From NCBI RefSeq assembly GCF_048403405.1, contig NZ_CP183129.1: 64,000 nucleotides of DNA; one strand, given 5' to 3'. The notes below the pieces were generated by a model. That model was not told where the DNA came from, did no database searches, and saw only the letters and a list, made by a program, of their open reading frames with translations. This DNA comes from Escherichia coli. Lineage in GTDB: Bacteria; Pseudomonadota; Gammaproteobacteria; Enterobacterales; Enterobacteriaceae. The position numbers and the translations under genes are program-made. Of this stretch, positions 39,632 through 54,577 are shown one piece after another. Each line of letters starts with the position of its first letter. Within the stretch, counting starts at the first letter, position 1.

Positions 39632-39660
39632 AAAAAAAGCGCCCGCAGGCGCTTTTTAGA
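39632..39660 (-). terminator. Rho-independent terminator after serS
   Basis: Hairpin AAGCGCC-TGCG-GGCGCTT with flanking T-run on the minus strand. Confidence 0.7.
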
Positions 39661-39677
39661 TTCAGAAAAATTGGGTA

Positions 39678-40991
<1,314 letters not shown>

Positions 40992-41060
40992 TTAAATGGG
41001 AGATGTGGCCACAGCCTGCGACCACAGGGATACAGTAACAACATTACCGCAACGATAACA

Positions 41061-42404
41061 TTAACGGTAGCGTTTTATGGGGCTATTTTGATCCTGTTCA
41101 GCCAGCCAGGCGAGCTTTTCGCCAATCTTGCCTTCAAGGCCCCTGTTTGTCGGGAAATAATAGCGTGTTTGTGCTATTTCCGGCGGGAAATAAACCTCAC
41201 CGGCAGCATAAGCGTTTGCTTCATCATGAGCGTAACGATATTCCTGCCCGTAGCCCATTTCCTTCATTAATTTCGTCGGCGCATTACGCAAATGAACCGG
41301 CACGTCATAATCCGGACGTTCGCGAGCATCCGCCAGCGCGGCTTTAAACGCAGTGTAGACAGCGTTGCTTTTTGGCGCGCAGGCCAGGTAAACAATCGCC
41401 TGAGCAATGGCGCGTTCACCTTCCGCCGGGCCAACTCGGGTAAAGCAATCCCAGGCCGCAATTGCCACCTGCATCGCTCGTGGATCAGCATTACCCACAT
41501 CTTCCGACGCTATCGCCAGACAGCGACGCGCGACATATAACGGATCGCCACCGGCAGTAATAATTCGTGCATACCAGTACAGCGCCGCATCGGGTGCGCT
41601 ACCACGTACCGACTTATGCAGTGCGGAAATGAGATCGTAAAAGCGATCGCCTTTGTTATCAAAGCGGGCGCTACGTTCACCGGCGATTTCGGTCAGTAAT
41701 TCAGGCTTCAGGACCCGCTTACCGCTATCATTGACTTCGGCCATATCCGCCATCATTTCCAGCGTATTTAACGCCCGGCGCGCGTCGCCATTCACCAGTT
41801 CAGCAATGGCGCGTCGTGTTTCATCTGGCAGAACAATATCCTGACCACCATAGCCACGGGTTTTGTCTTCCATCGCCTGAGTCAGTACTTGCTCAATATC
41901 CTCTGTACTCAGGGATTTCAGCAGATAGACACGGGCACGGGAAAGCAGTGCCGAATTAAGCTCAAATGACGGGTTTTCAGTGGTTGCACCAATAAAAGTG
42001 ATGGTGCCGTCTTCAATATGTGGCAGAAACGCATCCTGCTGGCTTTTGTTGAAACGGTGAACTTCGTCAACAAAAAGAATAGTGCGGCGACCAGCATTGC
42101 GGTTTTGCCGAGCGCGCTCGATCGCCTCGCGAATCTCTTTCACGCCTGAAGTAACGGCAGAAATACGTTCCACATCAGCGTTCGCATAGCGGGCAATCAC
42201 TTCAGCGAGGGTTGTTTTGCCGGTACCTGGTGGCCCCCAAAGGATCATAGAATGCAAATGCCCGGCTTCGATAGCGCGCGGCAACGGCTTCCCCGCAGCC
42301 AGCAAATGTTGCTGGCCGATATACTGTGCTAAATTTTCTGGCCGCATACGCGCGGCCAGAGGTTGAAAAGTATTATCCGAAAAATCGAGCGACAGATTGC
42401 TCAC
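41061..42404 (-). CDS. rarA: Replication-associated recombination protein A (AAA+ ATPase)
   Basis: 447 aa, Walker [10 protein letters not shown]. Confidence 0.9.
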   Translation of the reverse strand: MSNLSLDFSDNTFQPLAARMRPENLAQYIGQQHLLAAGKPLPRAIEAGHLHSMILWGPPGTGKTTLAEVIARYANADVERISAVTSGVKEIREAIERARQNRNAGRRTILFVDEVHRFNKSQQDAFLPHIEDGTITFIGATTENPSFELNSALLSRARVYLLKSLSTEDIEQVLTQAMEDKTRGYGGQDIVLPDETRRAIAELVNGDARRALNTLEMMADMAEVNDSGKRVLKPELLTEIAGERSARFDNKGDRFYDLISALHKSVRGSAPDAALYWYARIITAGGDPLYVARRCLAIASEDVGNADPRAMQVAIAAWDCFTRVGPAEGERAIAQAIVYLACAPKSNAVYTAFKAALADARERPDYDVPVHLRNAPTKLMKEMGYGQEYRYAHDEANAYAAGEVYFPPEIAQTRYYFPTNRGLEGKIGEKLAWLAEQDQNSPIKRYR

Positions 42405-42414
42405 TCAGGTGCCT

Positions 42415-43026
42415 CTACTTACGTTGATCATCTACCGTGACGCCTTGCGGCGGGGTGAAGGTAAATTTCGCTGCTTCCACAGCCCCATTTTGCTGGGATT
42501 TCAGTTGATAACTACTGCGCTGATCATCCTGCTCCACCGCGCTAAACTGATGGATTGTGCCATCACGTCCCACGTTAATGGTGAATTGCTTCAGATTGCC
42601 ATTGCTGGCTTTCGGCGTCAGGACAAAGTCATCGCCATTCTGTTTGATATTGTACTGCTGCCAGTCGCTGGACTGGTTGCGGGCAATCAGCATAAACGGC
42701 GTATTACCGGTGGCGTCTTTCAGCCAGGTCGCCGTAGCTTGCTCAACGAACGGGTTATAGAACCACAGTGTTTTACCGTCAGAAACCAGAATGCTTTCAT
42801 CAGGTTGAGTCATATGCCAGTTGAATAAGTTTGGACGTTTCACCCACAGATCGCCCTGACCTTCCTGCACCGCCGCGCCGCTACCGTCAGTCACTTTTTG
42901 TGTGAAGCTGGCGTGGAAGCTGCTGACTTTATCCAGGCGGCTTTTCAGATCGCTTGCGGCATCAGCCCAAACGCTGCTTGCTACTAAGCTTGAGAGTAAT
43001 GCACAGGTGATGGCAATTTTTTTCAT
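42415..43026 (-). CDS. lolA: Periplasmic lipoprotein chaperone LolA
   Basis: 203 aa from [11 protein letters not shown]. Confidence 0.9.
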   Translation of the reverse strand: MKKIAITCALLSSLVASSVWADAASDLKSRLDKVSSFHASFTQKVTDGSGAAVQEGQGDLWVKRPNLFNWHMTQPDESILVSDGKTLWFYNPFVEQATATWLKDATGNTPFMLIARNQSSDWQQYNIKQNGDDFVLTPKASNGNLKQFTINVGRDGTIHQFSAVEQDDQRSSYQLKSQQNGAVEAAKFTFTPPQGVTVDDQRK

Positions 43027-43184
43027 CATTATTCCTCAAATTACGTCACTCCCGACCGGGAGCTCCCTCTACTCTCTATTCCAGGCTAATAATCAGCTTG
43101 AGGAAAGAAGAAAATACTGAATTTTCAGTTACCAGATTGCCGGATGCGACGCTACCGCGCCTTATCCGGCCTACGATGCATTAA

Positions 43185-46100
43185 TTAGTCAAACGGCGGT
43201 GGGGCCAGCACTTCACGATTACCGTTGTGCCCCTGTTCGCTGACAATCCCCTGCGCTTCCATCTGTTCGATAATACGCGCTGCACGGTTATAACCAATGC
43301 GGAACTGACGCTGTACGCCAGAAATTGATGCTTTGCGTTTTTCAGTGACAAACTGCACCGCCTGATCGAACAACGGATCCAGCTCTTCAGCGCCATCGAA
43401 ACCGCCCGCGCCACCTTCGCTTTCGCTGTCGGAGGTGATGCCATCAACATACTGTGGGCGACCACGCGCTTTCCAGTCCTGCACCACGGCATGAACTTCC
43501 TGATCGCGAACAAAAGCACCATGAACACGTACCGGCAACGTGGAGTTCGGCCCAGAGTAAAGCATATCCCCCATACCCAGTAGTGATTCCGCGCCAGCCT
43601 GATCAAGAATGGTACGTGAGTCAATCTTACTGGATACGGTAAAGGCGATACGGGTCGGAATATTCGCTTTAATCAGACCAGTAATAACATCAACCGATGG
43701 ACGCTGCGTTGCCAGTACGAGGTGGATACCCGCGGCACGGGCTTTTTGCGCCAGACGTGCTATCAGCTCTTCCACTTTTTTACCTACCGTCATCATCAGG
43801 TCGGCAAATTCGTCCACCAACACCACAATGTACGGTTCTTTTTTCAGCACCGGATGCTGGGCATCCATACTGTCACCCGGCTTCCAGTACGGGTCTGGAA
43901 TCGGACGCATCATCCTATCGGCTTCAGCAATTTTTTCGTTATAACCCGCCAGATTACGCACACCCAGCGCAGACATCAGTTTATAACGACGCTCCATCTC
44001 GTTAACACACCAGCGCAGCGCGTTGGCGGCATCTTTCATATCAGTAACGACTTCCGTTAACAGATGCGGGATGCCTTCATAAACCGAAAGCTCCAGCATT
44101 TTCGGGTCGATCATGATGAAACGCACATCTTCTGGCTGTGCTTTATAAAGCATGCTCAGGATCATCGCGTTCACACCGACAGACTTACCGGAACCGGTAG
44201 TCCCCGCAACCAACAAGTGCGGCATTTTCGCCAGATCGGCAACCACCGGCTCACCGGCGATATCTTTACCCAGCACCACGGTTAATGGCGACGGATTATC
44301 GCGGAATTTGGCGTTATCCAAAACTTCGCGCAGATATACGGTTTGTCGTTTTTTATTCGGTAACTCCAGACCTACATAGGGTTTGCCAGGAATAACTTCA
44401 ACGACACGCACCGCCACCGTCGAAAGTGAACGGGCAAGGTCCCGTGACAAGTTAGAAATGCGCGCCGCTTTTACGCCAGGAGCCAGGTTAAGTTCAAAGC
44501 GAGTGATAACTGGCCCCGGAGAGTAATTGACGACATCGGCTTTAATACGGAAATCAGCCAGACGCGCTTCCACCAGACGCGCCATTTGTTCAAGCGCAAA
44601 GGTATCTACCGGCTCCACTTCGCTCGGCGGAGGTGTCAACAAATCCAAAGAAGGCAGCGGCGTCGTCGGTTTATGCAACGGACGGCTGTCGCCATTACGC
44701 ATCAACAGCGGATGAAGCAGGGTATCCTGCGGCTGTGGCGCAACTGGCTGTTGCGGCTGCGGCGCAACCGGCTGTTGCGGCTGCTGATACTGCGGCTGCT
44801 GTGCAACCGGCTGTTGTGGCTGCTGATATTGCTGCTGCGGTGCAACCGGCTGTTGCGGCTGCTGATACTGCGGCTGCGGCGCAACTGGTTGCTGCGGCTG
44901 CTGATAATGTTGCTGCGGTGCAATCGGTTGTTGCGGCTGCTGTACAGGTTCAACAATTGGCGTAAACAACGGTTCGTGTGGACCATCATCCAGCAACGCT
45001 TTCATTGGCGAAAATTCAAAATCATCCAGCGAGAACGGATTCGCCCCAGCCGGTTGTTCGCCGGAATAACGTTGTTGTTGAGTTTGCGCAAACTGACGAG
45101 CCAGTTCAGCCTCTGCCGCAGCATCTGCATCTTCTGCGTTTACGGGCACATCATGTTGATACTGTTCGCCATAGCGTTGCTGCTGTGTCTGGGCGAACTG
45201 ACGTGCCAGTTCATCCTGCTGCATCGCATCGATTTCATCATCGTTGTACTGATCGCCAGAATCGTACTGATTGCGCTGGGCTTCACGGGCTTTTTCTTCC
45301 GCCGCACGCTGTGAGGGCAGCTTAATACCGTAAGACGCCAATTCACGACGAGTTGGCACGCGGATACGTTTCGGTCGTGGCAACTGCGGGCCAATCCCCT
45401 CTTTGACCTGCGGACGCGGTCCACCGCTATTTGCCAGACTGAAGACTGGCGCGGCAACGGTTGCGGCAGCCCCCGTCGCCAGTGTCGCTTTTTTCACGCC
45501 AGATGCCAGCGGAGAAACAGCGGCAGCGGCTTCTACTGGAGGTACTGCTGCAACAGAAGGTGCTTTCAGCGAAGATTTGATCGGTTCTGGTTCTTTAACC
45601 GGTTCTGGAATCGGTTGATACCAGGCCGCAAGTTGTTCACGTTCACGGGCTCGCTTCTCTTCCACTTCTTCAAAGTAGTAAAGCGGCGGACGCGCGGGTT
45701 TTGTCTCTTCTACAACGGGTTCAGGCTCCACAACAGGCTGCTGTTCAACGGGTTGCGGCTGTTGGTACAACGGCTCCTGAGCGGCTGGCTGCTGATAAGT
45801 TTGCTCAGTCTGGTATGTAGACTGTGGAGCAAAAGTGGATTGCTGCTCTTCGGCTTGCCAGGCGTTACCTGCCACCGATTGTTCTGGCGCAGGGGCGTAA
45901 TACGGCTGTTGCGCAGACTGTTCCGGCGCAGGGGCGTAATACGACTGTTGCGCAGACTGTTCCGGCGCAGTTGCGTAATGCGGTTGCTGAACAGGTTGTT
46001 CAGCTGCAGGCGCATAATACGGCTGCTGTGGCTGTACAGGTTGTTGCAGCGGCTCATTATATTGCACTGCAGGCTGCGCATATTGTGGCTGCTGTGGGTA

Positions 46101-47237
46101 ACCTTCCGGTGCAGGAGCAATAACCGGCTCTCCCGTTTGTGGCCCCGGTACAGGCTGCCAGGCTACTGTAGGTTGTGCAGGTGGAACATCAACAGAGGCA
46201 ACAGGCGGCGTCTGAGTCACAGGTTCAACCGGCGCAGCCCAGCTTTGTGTCGCCGTGGTAGCAGCAGCTGCTACAGCAACAGGTTCGGTAATTGGCGCAC
46301 CGTTTAATAATGGATCGTATTCGTCATATTCTGGCTGCGTTGCACGATTGCCCGAAAAGAGGACGTCGTCCGGGTCGGCAGCCACACCGCGTGCAGTGTA
46401 GGTAATCTCTTCTTCATCATCCATCCGCTTACCGGAGAACAACGCAGCATCTGTTTGCCGCCCCATCGGATTAATGAATTTTTCCGCCAACCGTTTACGA
46501 CGCGCTAGCGCGCCGCGAAGAATACGGGCACGGCGTGATTCATGCTGTTTGCCGTGATTTTCATCTTCGTATTCTTCGTCGTCTTCATACTCATCTTCAT
46601 CGACCCAGGTATCATCGCGACGGGTACGATTACTGGCGAAGGTGAGAATATTTAAAATCCAGCCGCCGAGTTTTTCAGCAATGGTCACCCATGACCAACC
46701 GGTGAACAGCGTCAGGCCCGCTGCCCAAACGCAGAGCAGCGCAATAGTTCCCCCGCTACTGTGTAGCAGTGGTTGTAGCGTAGTGCTTAGTAAGCTGCCA
46801 ATGACGCCACCGGAGGCAAAATACCAGATATCGTCAGCGTTGATTGCCGCCAGACCACAGGAGGTAAGGATGAGCGCCAAAACGCCAATGATGCGTAGCG
46901 AAACGGCAAAATAATCAATGTATTCGTCGCTGGACTGATGACGCCAGGCAAACCAACAACCGCCGACAATAATGACGGGAATGGTGTAAGCCATCACGCC
47001 AAAAATAAAGAACAGCGTATCTGCCAGCCACGCACCGGGCATCCCACCTAAATTATGGATAGGTTCATGCCAGGCCGTTTGCGACCAGCTGGGGTCCGAA
47101 GGGTTAAAGCTTAGTAAGGCAGCCATCAACCAGACGGCAAACAGGACAATAAGGATCAGCAACGCCTCCAGAAGGCGGCGGCCGCTACTTAACTTTGTCA
47201 ATGTGACTTCTTTGTCTTCAGTGTATTCCTGGCTCAA
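43185..47237 (-). CDS. ftsK: DNA translocase FtsK
   Basis: 1350 aa; N-terminal membrane domain, PQ-rich linker, C-terminal motor (GTTGSGKS). Confidence 0.95.
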   Translation of the reverse strand: MSQEYTEDKEVTLTKLSSGRRLLEALLILIVLFAVWLMAALLSFNPSDPSWSQTAWHEPIHNLGGMPGAWLADTLFFIFGVMAYTIPVIIVGGCWFAWRHQSSDEYIDYFAVSLRIIGVLALILTSCGLAAINADDIWYFASGGVIGSLLSTTLQPLLHSSGGTIALLCVWAAGLTLFTGWSWVTIAEKLGGWILNILTFASNRTRRDDTWVDEDEYEDDEEYEDENHGKQHESRRARILRGALARRKRLAEKFINPMGRQTDAALFSGKRMDDEEEITYTARGVAADPDDVLFSGNRATQPEYDEYDPLLNGAPITEPVAVAAAATTATQSWAAPVEPVTQTPPVASVDVPPAQPTVAWQPVPGPQTGEPVIAPAPEGYPQQPQYAQPAVQYNEPLQQPVQPQQPYYAPAAEQPVQQPHYATAPEQSAQQSYYAPAPEQSAQQPYYAPAPEQSVAGNAWQAEEQQSTFAPQSTYQTEQTYQQPAAQEPLYQQPQPVEQQPVVEPEPVVEETKPARPPLYYFEEVEEKRAREREQLAAWYQPIPEPVKEPEPIKSSLKAPSVAAVPPVEAAAAVSPLASGVKKATLATGAAATVAAPVFSLANSGGPRPQVKEGIGPQLPRPKRIRVPTRRELASYGIKLPSQRAAEEKAREAQRNQYDSGDQYNDDEIDAMQQDELARQFAQTQQQRYGEQYQHDVPVNAEDADAAAEAELARQFAQTQQQRYSGEQPAGANPFSLDDFEFSPMKALLDDGPHEPLFTPIVEPVQQPQQPIAPQQHYQQPQQPVAPQPQYQQPQQPVAPQQQYQQPQQPVAQQPQYQQPQQPVAPQPQQPVAPQPQDTLLHPLLMRNGDSRPLHKPTTPLPSLDLLTPPPSEVEPVDTFALEQMARLVEARLADFRIKADVVNYSPGPVITRFELNLAPGVKAARISNLSRDLARSLSTVAVRVVEVIPGKPYVGLELPNKKRQTVYLREVLDNAKFRDNPSPLTVVLGKDIAGEPVVADLAKMPHLLVAGTTGSGKSVGVNAMILSMLYKAQPEDVRFIMIDPKMLELSVYEGIPHLLTEVVTDMKDAANALRWCVNEMERRYKLMSALGVRNLAGYNEKIAEADRMMRPIPDPYWKPGDSMDAQHPVLKKEPYIVVLVDEFADLMMTVGKKVEELIARLAQKARAAGIHLVLATQRPSVDVITGLIKANIPTRIAFTVSSKIDSRTILDQAGAESLLGMGDMLYSGPNSTLPVRVHGAFVRDQEVHAVVQDWKARGRPQYVDGITSDSESEGGAGGFDGAEELDPLFDQAVQFVTEKRKASISGVQRQFRIGYNRAARIIEQMEAQGIVSEQGHNGNREVLAPPPFD
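44730..44950. repeat. In-frame tandem nucleotide repeats encoding the PQ-rich FtsK linker
   Basis: Repeated CGGCTGTTGCGGCTGCTGATACTGCGGCTGC-type units; they generate many spurious ORFs in other frames and on the opposite strand. Confidence 0.8.
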
Positions 47238-47371
47238 GAAAGGCTCTCCAGGTTACAGGCTTTTCCTGCCCGATGCTAAAACGGACAACAGTACCAGGTT
47301 ACCCCAGTACTGTTGCTGTATGGATTAACAGGAGTGTAATCAAAATACGCCGATTTTGCACCTGTTCCGTG

Positions 47372-47866
47372 TTAGCGCGTCTTAATAACCAGACGATTAC
47401 TCTGCTTAACTTCTTCCATAACAACGTATGTCCGTGTGTCATTGACGCCAGGCAGACGCAGCAGGGTTTCCCCCAACAACTTACGGTAAGCTGACATATC
47501 CGGCACGCGTGTTTTCAACAGGTAGTCGAAATCACCGGATACTAAATGACACTCCTGAATTTCTTCAAGTTTTTGTACAGCGGTATTGAATTGTTCAAAC
47601 ACATCCGGTGCGCCACGATTCAGAGTAATCTCAACGAATACCAGAAGTGATGCATCCAGATAATGAGGGTTCAGCAGCGCCGTATAGCCCTGAATAAACC
47701 CTTGTCTTTCCAGCCGACGCACACGCTCAAGGCACGGCGTTGGGGAAAGTCCCACACGTTTAGAAAGCTCGACGTTAGAAATACGCCCATCCTTTTGCAA
47801 CTCATTAAGAATGTTACGATCGATACGGTCGAGATCTTTGCCAGGGCGCTTCTTGCTATCTACCAT
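47372..47866 (-). CDS. lrp: Leucine-responsive regulatory protein
   Basis: Start at MVDSKKRPGKDLDRIDRNIL (164 aa). Confidence 0.95.
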   Translation of the reverse strand: MVDSKKRPGKDLDRIDRNILNELQKDGRISNVELSKRVGLSPTPCLERVRRLERQGFIQGYTALLNPHYLDASLLVFVEITLNRGAPDVFEQFNTAVQKLEEIQECHLVSGDFDYLLKTRVPDMSAYRKLLGETLLRLPGVNDTRTYVVMEEVKQSNRLVIKTR

Positions 47867-48293
47867 TATTATTGTCTCTCTGTATTCCTTCCCTACTCCT
47901 GTCTGACCCTGAAACATCACTGTTCAGAGTCGCTACCCGTCACGATAGACCGAAATCATGAAGATTCACGGCGCGCAATGCCTGGGTCTACGGTGAGAAG
48001 ACCGTTGCCTTGTGGCAGCTATCGACATCACGAATGGCGTCTGTCCACGCCATACGTAGATTTCACTAGCACGGTAAACATGGTATTTACATGCATGGTT
48101 ATGCGCATATAAGAATACTGTTTTTTTTCTTCCTCGAATGTTTTCGCAAAACACCAGGGGATTGTCAAAGCAAAACATCGATTTTTAGTACAACATGCCA
48201 GATATTCATTACCAGGGGCGTTTATTCATCATTTAATCGGCTTATAAAGCGGGAAATTTAAGTAGCAGAGGTGATAATGACGGGAGAATTTGA

Positions 48294-49376
<1,083 letters not shown>

Positions 49377-49403
49377 TTTTACAAATCAGTAACAAAAGTA
49401 AAG

Positions 49404-49442
49404 AAGGCGACACCATGCGACTATGGGTCGCCTTTATTTTTT
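49404..49442 (+). terminator. Rho-independent terminator after trxB
   Basis: GGCGAC...GTCGCC hairpin followed by TTTATTTTTT. Confidence 0.75.
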
Positions 49443-49498
49443 CCTCGTTGTAACATTGCTCTGCAAATAATTCTGATAACTCACCTGCTAAGCGTGCA

Positions 49499-51265
49499 AT
49501 GAATAAATCCCGTCAAAAAGAGTTAACCCGCTGGTTAAAACAGCAAAGCGTCATCTCCCAACGTTGGCTGAATATTTCTCGTCTGCTGGGCTTTGTGAGC
49601 GGCATATTGATCATTGCCCAGGCCTGGTTCATGGCGCGAATTCTGCAACATATGATTATGGAGAATATTCCCCGTGAAGCCCTGCTGCTTCCCTTTACGT
49701 TACTGGTTCTGACCTTTGTACTGCGCGCATGGGTGGTCTGGTTACGCGAACGGGTGGGTTATCACGCCGGGCAGCATATCCGCTTTGCCATCCGCCGTCA
49801 GGTTCTCGACCGTCTGCAACAAGCAGGGCCAGCGTGGATTCAGGGTAAACCGGCGGGGAGCTGGGCGACGCTGGTACTCGAGCAAATTGACGATATGCAT
49901 GATTACTATGCACGCTACCTGCCGCAAATGGCGCTGGCAGTGTCGGTGCCGTTGCTGATTGTGGTGGCTATCTTCCCCTCTAACTGGGCTGCGGCGCTGA
50001 TTCTGCTGGGCACTGCTCCGTTAATTCCGTTGTTTATGGCGCTGGTTGGAATGGGGGCTGCCGATGCTAACCGACGTAACTTTCTCGCTCTTGCTCGCTT
50101 AAGTGGGCATTTTCTCGATCGCCTGCGCGGCATGGAAACATTGCGTATTTTTGGTCGTGGTGAAGCTGAAATTGAAAGTATTCGTTCTGCTTCGGAAGAT
50201 TTCCGCCAACGGACAATGGAAGTGCTACGGCTGGCGTTTTTATCCTCCGGCATTCTCGAATTTTTTACCTCGCTGTCAATTGCTCTGGTGGCGGTCTACT
50301 TTGGTTTTTCCTATCTCGGCGAGCTGGATTTTGGTCACTACGATACTGGCGTGACGCTGGCTGCGGGTTTTCTGGCCCTGATCCTTGCGCCGGAGTTTTT
50401 CCAGCCATTACGCGATCTCGGTACGTTTTATCATGCTAAAGCCCAGGCTGTTGGTGCAGCTGACAGTTTGAAAACGTTTATGGAAACCCCGCTTGCCCAT
50501 CCGCAGCGTGGTGAGGCGGAATTAGCATCGACCGATCCGGTGACCATTGAAGCCGAGGAGCTGTTTATTACATCACCAGAAGGTAAAACGCTGGCCGGAC
50601 CGCTGAACTTTACTTTGCCAGCAGGCCAACGTGCCGTGTTGGTTGGTCGCAGCGGTTCAGGTAAAAGCTCACTGCTGAACGCGCTTTCTGGTTTTCTCTC
50701 ATATCAGGGATCGCTACGAATCAACGGGATAGAATTACGCGATTTATCACCGGAATCATGGCGTAAACATCTCTCCTGGGTTGGGCAAAACCCACAATTA
50801 CCAGCAGCAACACTACGGGATAACGTACTACTGGCACGACCTGATGCCAGCGAACACGAGTTACAAACAGCGCTGGATAACGCCTGGGTCAGTGAGTTTC
50901 TACCGCTCCTGCCACAAGGCGTTGATACGCCTGTTGGCGACCAGGCTGCCCGCCTTTCCGTGGGGCAGGCACAGCGCGTGGCGGTGGCCCGAGCATTACT
51001 AAATCCCTGTTCGCTATTACTGTTGGATGAACCCGCTGCCAGCCTTGATGCTCACAGTGAACAGCGCGTAATGGAGGCGCTTAATGCCGCCTCTCTGCGC
51101 CAGACAACGTTAATGGTCACCCACCAGTTAGAAGATCTTGCTGACTGGGATGTCATTTGGGTAATGCAGGATGGTCAGATTATTGAGCAAGGACGTTACG
51201 CGGAATTAAGTGTGGCTGGTGGTCCTTTCTCCACATTACTGGCCCATCGTCAGGAGGAGATTTAA
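49499..51265 (+). CDS. cydD: Cysteine/glutathione ABC exporter subunit CydD
   Basis: 588 aa, TM domain plus ABC ATPase (GRSGSGKSS). Confidence 0.9.
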   Translation: MNKSRQKELTRWLKQQSVISQRWLNISRLLGFVSGILIIAQAWFMARILQHMIMENIPREALLLPFTLLVLTFVLRAWVVWLRERVGYHAGQHIRFAIRRQVLDRLQQAGPAWIQGKPAGSWATLVLEQIDDMHDYYARYLPQMALAVSVPLLIVVAIFPSNWAAALILLGTAPLIPLFMALVGMGAADANRRNFLALARLSGHFLDRLRGMETLRIFGRGEAEIESIRSASEDFRQRTMEVLRLAFLSSGILEFFTSLSIALVAVYFGFSYLGELDFGHYDTGVTLAAGFLALILAPEFFQPLRDLGTFYHAKAQAVGAADSLKTFMETPLAHPQRGEAELASTDPVTIEAEELFITSPEGKTLAGPLNFTLPAGQRAVLVGRSGSGKSSLLNALSGFLSYQGSLRINGIELRDLSPESWRKHLSWVGQNPQLPAATLRDNVLLARPDASEHELQTALDNAWVSEFLPLLPQGVDTPVGDQAARLSVGQAQRVAVARALLNPCSLLLLDEPAASLDAHSEQRVMEALNAASLRQTTLMVTHQLEDLADWDVIWVMQDGQIIEQGRYAELSVAGGPFSTLLAHRQEEI

Positions 51266-52987
51266 ATGCGCGCTTTGCTACCCTATCTGGCACTGTATAA
51301 ACGTCATAAATGGATGTTAAGTCTTGGTATTGTGCTGGCAATTGTCACGCTGCTCGCCAGTATCGGTCTGTTGACACTTTCCGGCTGGTTCCTCTCGGCC
51401 TCAGCGGTAGCGGGGGTTGCCGGACTGTACAGCTTCAACTATATGCTACCCGCTGCGGGCGTGCGTGGTGCAGCAATCACCCGTACTGCCGGGCGCTATT
51501 TTGAACGTCTGGTAAGTCACGACGCGACTTTCCGCGTGTTGCAGCATCTGCGCATTTACACCTTCAGCAAATTGCTGCCCCTCTCCCCTGCCGGACTGGC
51601 GCGCTATCGTCAGGGCGAATTGCTCAACCGCGTGGTGGCGGATGTTGATACGCTCGATCATCTTTACCTGCGCGTTATCTCGCCGCTGGTGGGCGCTTTT
51701 GTGGTGATTATGGTGGTGACAATCGGGTTAAGTTTCCTTGATTTCACCCTCGCCTTTACGCTGGGCGGCATTATGTTACTGACGCTTTTCCTGATGCCAC
51801 CGCTGTTTTATCGTGCGGGAAAAAGCACCGGGCAAAATCTGACTCATCTTCGCGGGCAGTATCGCCAACAACTGACGGCCTGGCTGCAAGGGCAAGCTGA
51901 GCTGACCATTTTTGGTGCCAGCGATCGTTATCGCAAGCAGTTAGAGAATACCGAAATTCAGTGGCTGGAAGCGCAACGCCGTCAATCTGAACTCACCGCA
52001 TTGTCGCAAGCGATAATGCTGCTCATTGGCGCGTTAGCGGTGATCCTGATGCTGTGGATGGCGTCTGGCGGCGTTGGCGGCAATGCTCAACCCGGCGCGT
52101 TAATTGCCCTGTTTGTCTTCTGCGCGTTAGCCGCGTTTGAAGCACTGGCACCAGTAACGGGTGCATTTCAGCATCTGGGGCAAGTCATTGCCTCTGCCGT
52201 ACGGATCACTGACTTAACGGATCAAAAACCGGAGGTCACCTTCCCTGATACCCAAACTCGTGTTGTCGATCGCGTTTCGCTGACGTTACGGGATGTTCAG
52301 TTCACTTATCCGGAGCAATCCCAACAGGCACTTAAAGGGATTTCTCTTCAGGTAAACGCCGGGGAACATATAGCGATTCTCGGGCGAACCGGATGCGGCA
52401 AATCAACACTGTTACAACTGCTGACCCGCGCATGGGACCCGCAACAGGGCGAGATTTTGCTTAACGGTAGCCCCATAGCCAGCCTGAATGAAGCGACTCT
52501 ACGACAGACCATCAGCGTTGTTCCTCAGCGAGTGCATCTGTTTAGCGCCACGCTGCGTGATAATCTGTTACTCGCCTCGCCTGGCAGTAGTGATGAGGCT
52601 CTGGCGGAGATCTTACGTCGCGTTGGTCTGGAGAAGCTGCTCGAGGATGCAGGTCTCAACAGTTGGTTAGGTGAAGGCGGACGCCAGCTCTCCGGTGGTG
52701 AACTGCGCCGTCTGGCTATCGCCCGTGCGCTGTTACATGATGCGCCACTGGTACTGCTGGACGAGCCTACAGAAGGCTTAGATGCCACAACCGAAAGTCA
52801 GATCCTTGAATTGCTTGCAGAAATGATGCGTGAGAAAACGGTGTTAATGGTCACCCATCGACTTCGCGGACTCTCTCGTTTCCAACAAATAATAGTGATG
52901 GACAACGGGCAAATTATTGAGCAAGGTACTCACGCAGAACTGCTTGCCAGACAGGGGCGTTATTACCAGTTTAAGCAGGGTTTGTAA
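51266..52987 (+). CDS. cydC: Cysteine/glutathione ABC exporter subunit CydC
   Basis: 573 aa, ABC ATPase (GRTGCGKST); start abuts cydD stop. Confidence 0.9.
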   Translation: MRALLPYLALYKRHKWMLSLGIVLAIVTLLASIGLLTLSGWFLSASAVAGVAGLYSFNYMLPAAGVRGAAITRTAGRYFERLVSHDATFRVLQHLRIYTFSKLLPLSPAGLARYRQGELLNRVVADVDTLDHLYLRVISPLVGAFVVIMVVTIGLSFLDFTLAFTLGGIMLLTLFLMPPLFYRAGKSTGQNLTHLRGQYRQQLTAWLQGQAELTIFGASDRYRKQLENTEIQWLEAQRRQSELTALSQAIMLLIGALAVILMLWMASGGVGGNAQPGALIALFVFCALAAFEALAPVTGAFQHLGQVIASAVRITDLTDQKPEVTFPDTQTRVVDRVSLTLRDVQFTYPEQSQQALKGISLQVNAGEHIAILGRTGCGKSTLLQLLTRAWDPQQGEILLNGSPIASLNEATLRQTISVVPQRVHLFSATLRDNLLLASPGSSDEALAEILRRVGLEKLLEDAGLNSWLGEGGRQLSGGELRRLAIARALLHDAPLVLLDEPTEGLDATTESQILELLAEMMREKTVLMVTHRLRGLSRFQQIIVMDNGQIIEQGTHAELLARQGRYYQFKQGL

Positions 52988-53028
52988 GCTATTATTGAAC
53001 GATCCGACTTGCGTGGAGTTTTGCGGTC

Positions 53029-53733
53029 ATGCGCCTGGTTCAGCTTTCTCGCCATTCAATAGCCTTCCCTTCCCCGGAAGGCGCATTACGTGAGCCTAAC
53101 GGCCTGCTGGCACTTGGGGGCGATCTTAGCCCTGCACGCCTGTTAATGGCTTACCAGCGTGGTATTTTTCCGTGGTTTTCTCCCGGCGACCCCATCCTCT
53201 GGTGGTCGCCCGATCCCCGCGCGGTGCTTTGGCCTGAATCACTGCATATCAGCCGTAGTATGAAGCGATTTCATAAACGCTCGCCCTATCGTGTCACGAT
53301 GAATTACGCTTTTGGTCAGGTCATTGAAGGCTGTGCCAGCGATCGCGAAGAAGGAACCTGGATCACGCGTGGCGTGGTCGAAGCCTACCATCGCCTTCAC
53401 GAACTCGGTCATGCCCACTCCATTGAAGTCTGGCGTGAAGATGAGCTTGTCGGCGGTATGTACGGCGTGGCCCAGGGAACGCTATTTTGTGGTGAGTCCA
53501 TGTTCAGCCGGATGGAAAATGCGTCTAAAACGGCGCTTCTGGTATTCTGTGAGGAATTTATTGGTCATGGCGGTAAGCTTATCGACTGCCAGGTACTTAA
53601 CGATCACACAGCGTCGCTTGGTGCCTGCGAAATTCCCCGCCGGGATTACCTCAATTATCTCAATCAAATGCGCCTCGGACGATTGCCGAATAATTTCTGG
53701 GTACCACGGTGCTTGTTTTCACCACAAGAATGA
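53029..53733 (+). CDS. aat: Leucyl/phenylalanyl-tRNA-protein transferase
   Basis: 234 aa. Confidence 0.9.
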
Positions 53734-54014
53734 ATGTTTTCGGCACATTTCTCCCCAGAGTGTTATAATTGCGGTCGCAGAGTTGGTTACGCTCATTACC
53801 CCGCTGCCGATAAGGAATTTTTCGCGTCAGGTAACGCCCATCGTTTATCTCACCGCTCCCTTATACGTTGCGCTTTTGGTGCGGCTTAGCCGTGTGTTTT
53901 CGGAGTAATGTGCCGAACCTGTTTGTTGCGATTTAGCGCGCAAATCTTTACTTATTTACAGAACTTCGGCATTATCTTGCCGGTTCAAATTACGGTAGTG
54001 ATACCCCAGAGGAT

Positions 54015-54236
<222 letters not shown>

Positions 54237-54489
54237 TTGTTTTACCGCCTGATGGGCGAAGAGAAAGAACGAGTAAAAGGTCGGTTTAGCCGGCCTTTTT
54301 ATTTTGTGATATGTATGAAGTACTTTGGAAGTATAAATCCATAACTTGTCTCGATGTAGATATACTGCACAACTTGTTTACAGTATGAGCAAACAATAAT
54401 TATCATTAAAATTCTTCTTGACCGTTTTACTCCAACTCCCTATAGTAGCGCCCCGTTGCCACCCATGAGGTTTGGCAGCAAAACAATTT

Positions 54490-54577
54490 GGTGAGGTGTC
54501 CGAGTGGCTGAAGGAGCACGCCTGGAAAGTGTGTATACGGCAACGTATCGGGGGTTCGAATCCCCCCCTCACCGCCA
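54490..54577 (+). tRNA. serW: tRNA-Ser (anticodon GGA), long variable arm
   Basis: GGTGAGGTGTCCGAGTGGCTGAAGGAGCACGCCTGGAAAGTGTGTATACGGCAACGTATCGGGGGTTCGAATCCCCCCCTCACCGCCA; T-loop GGTTCGAATCC; position between infA and clpA. Confidence 0.85.

Noticed and set aside
44586-46307. Arg/Leu-rich and Ala/Val-rich ORFs (e.g. 44586-45314, 44633-44965, 45615-46307, 45710-46120)
   Set aside because: Alternative-frame and antisense translations of the repetitive ftsK linker region; they lie entirely within the well-supported ftsK CDS.
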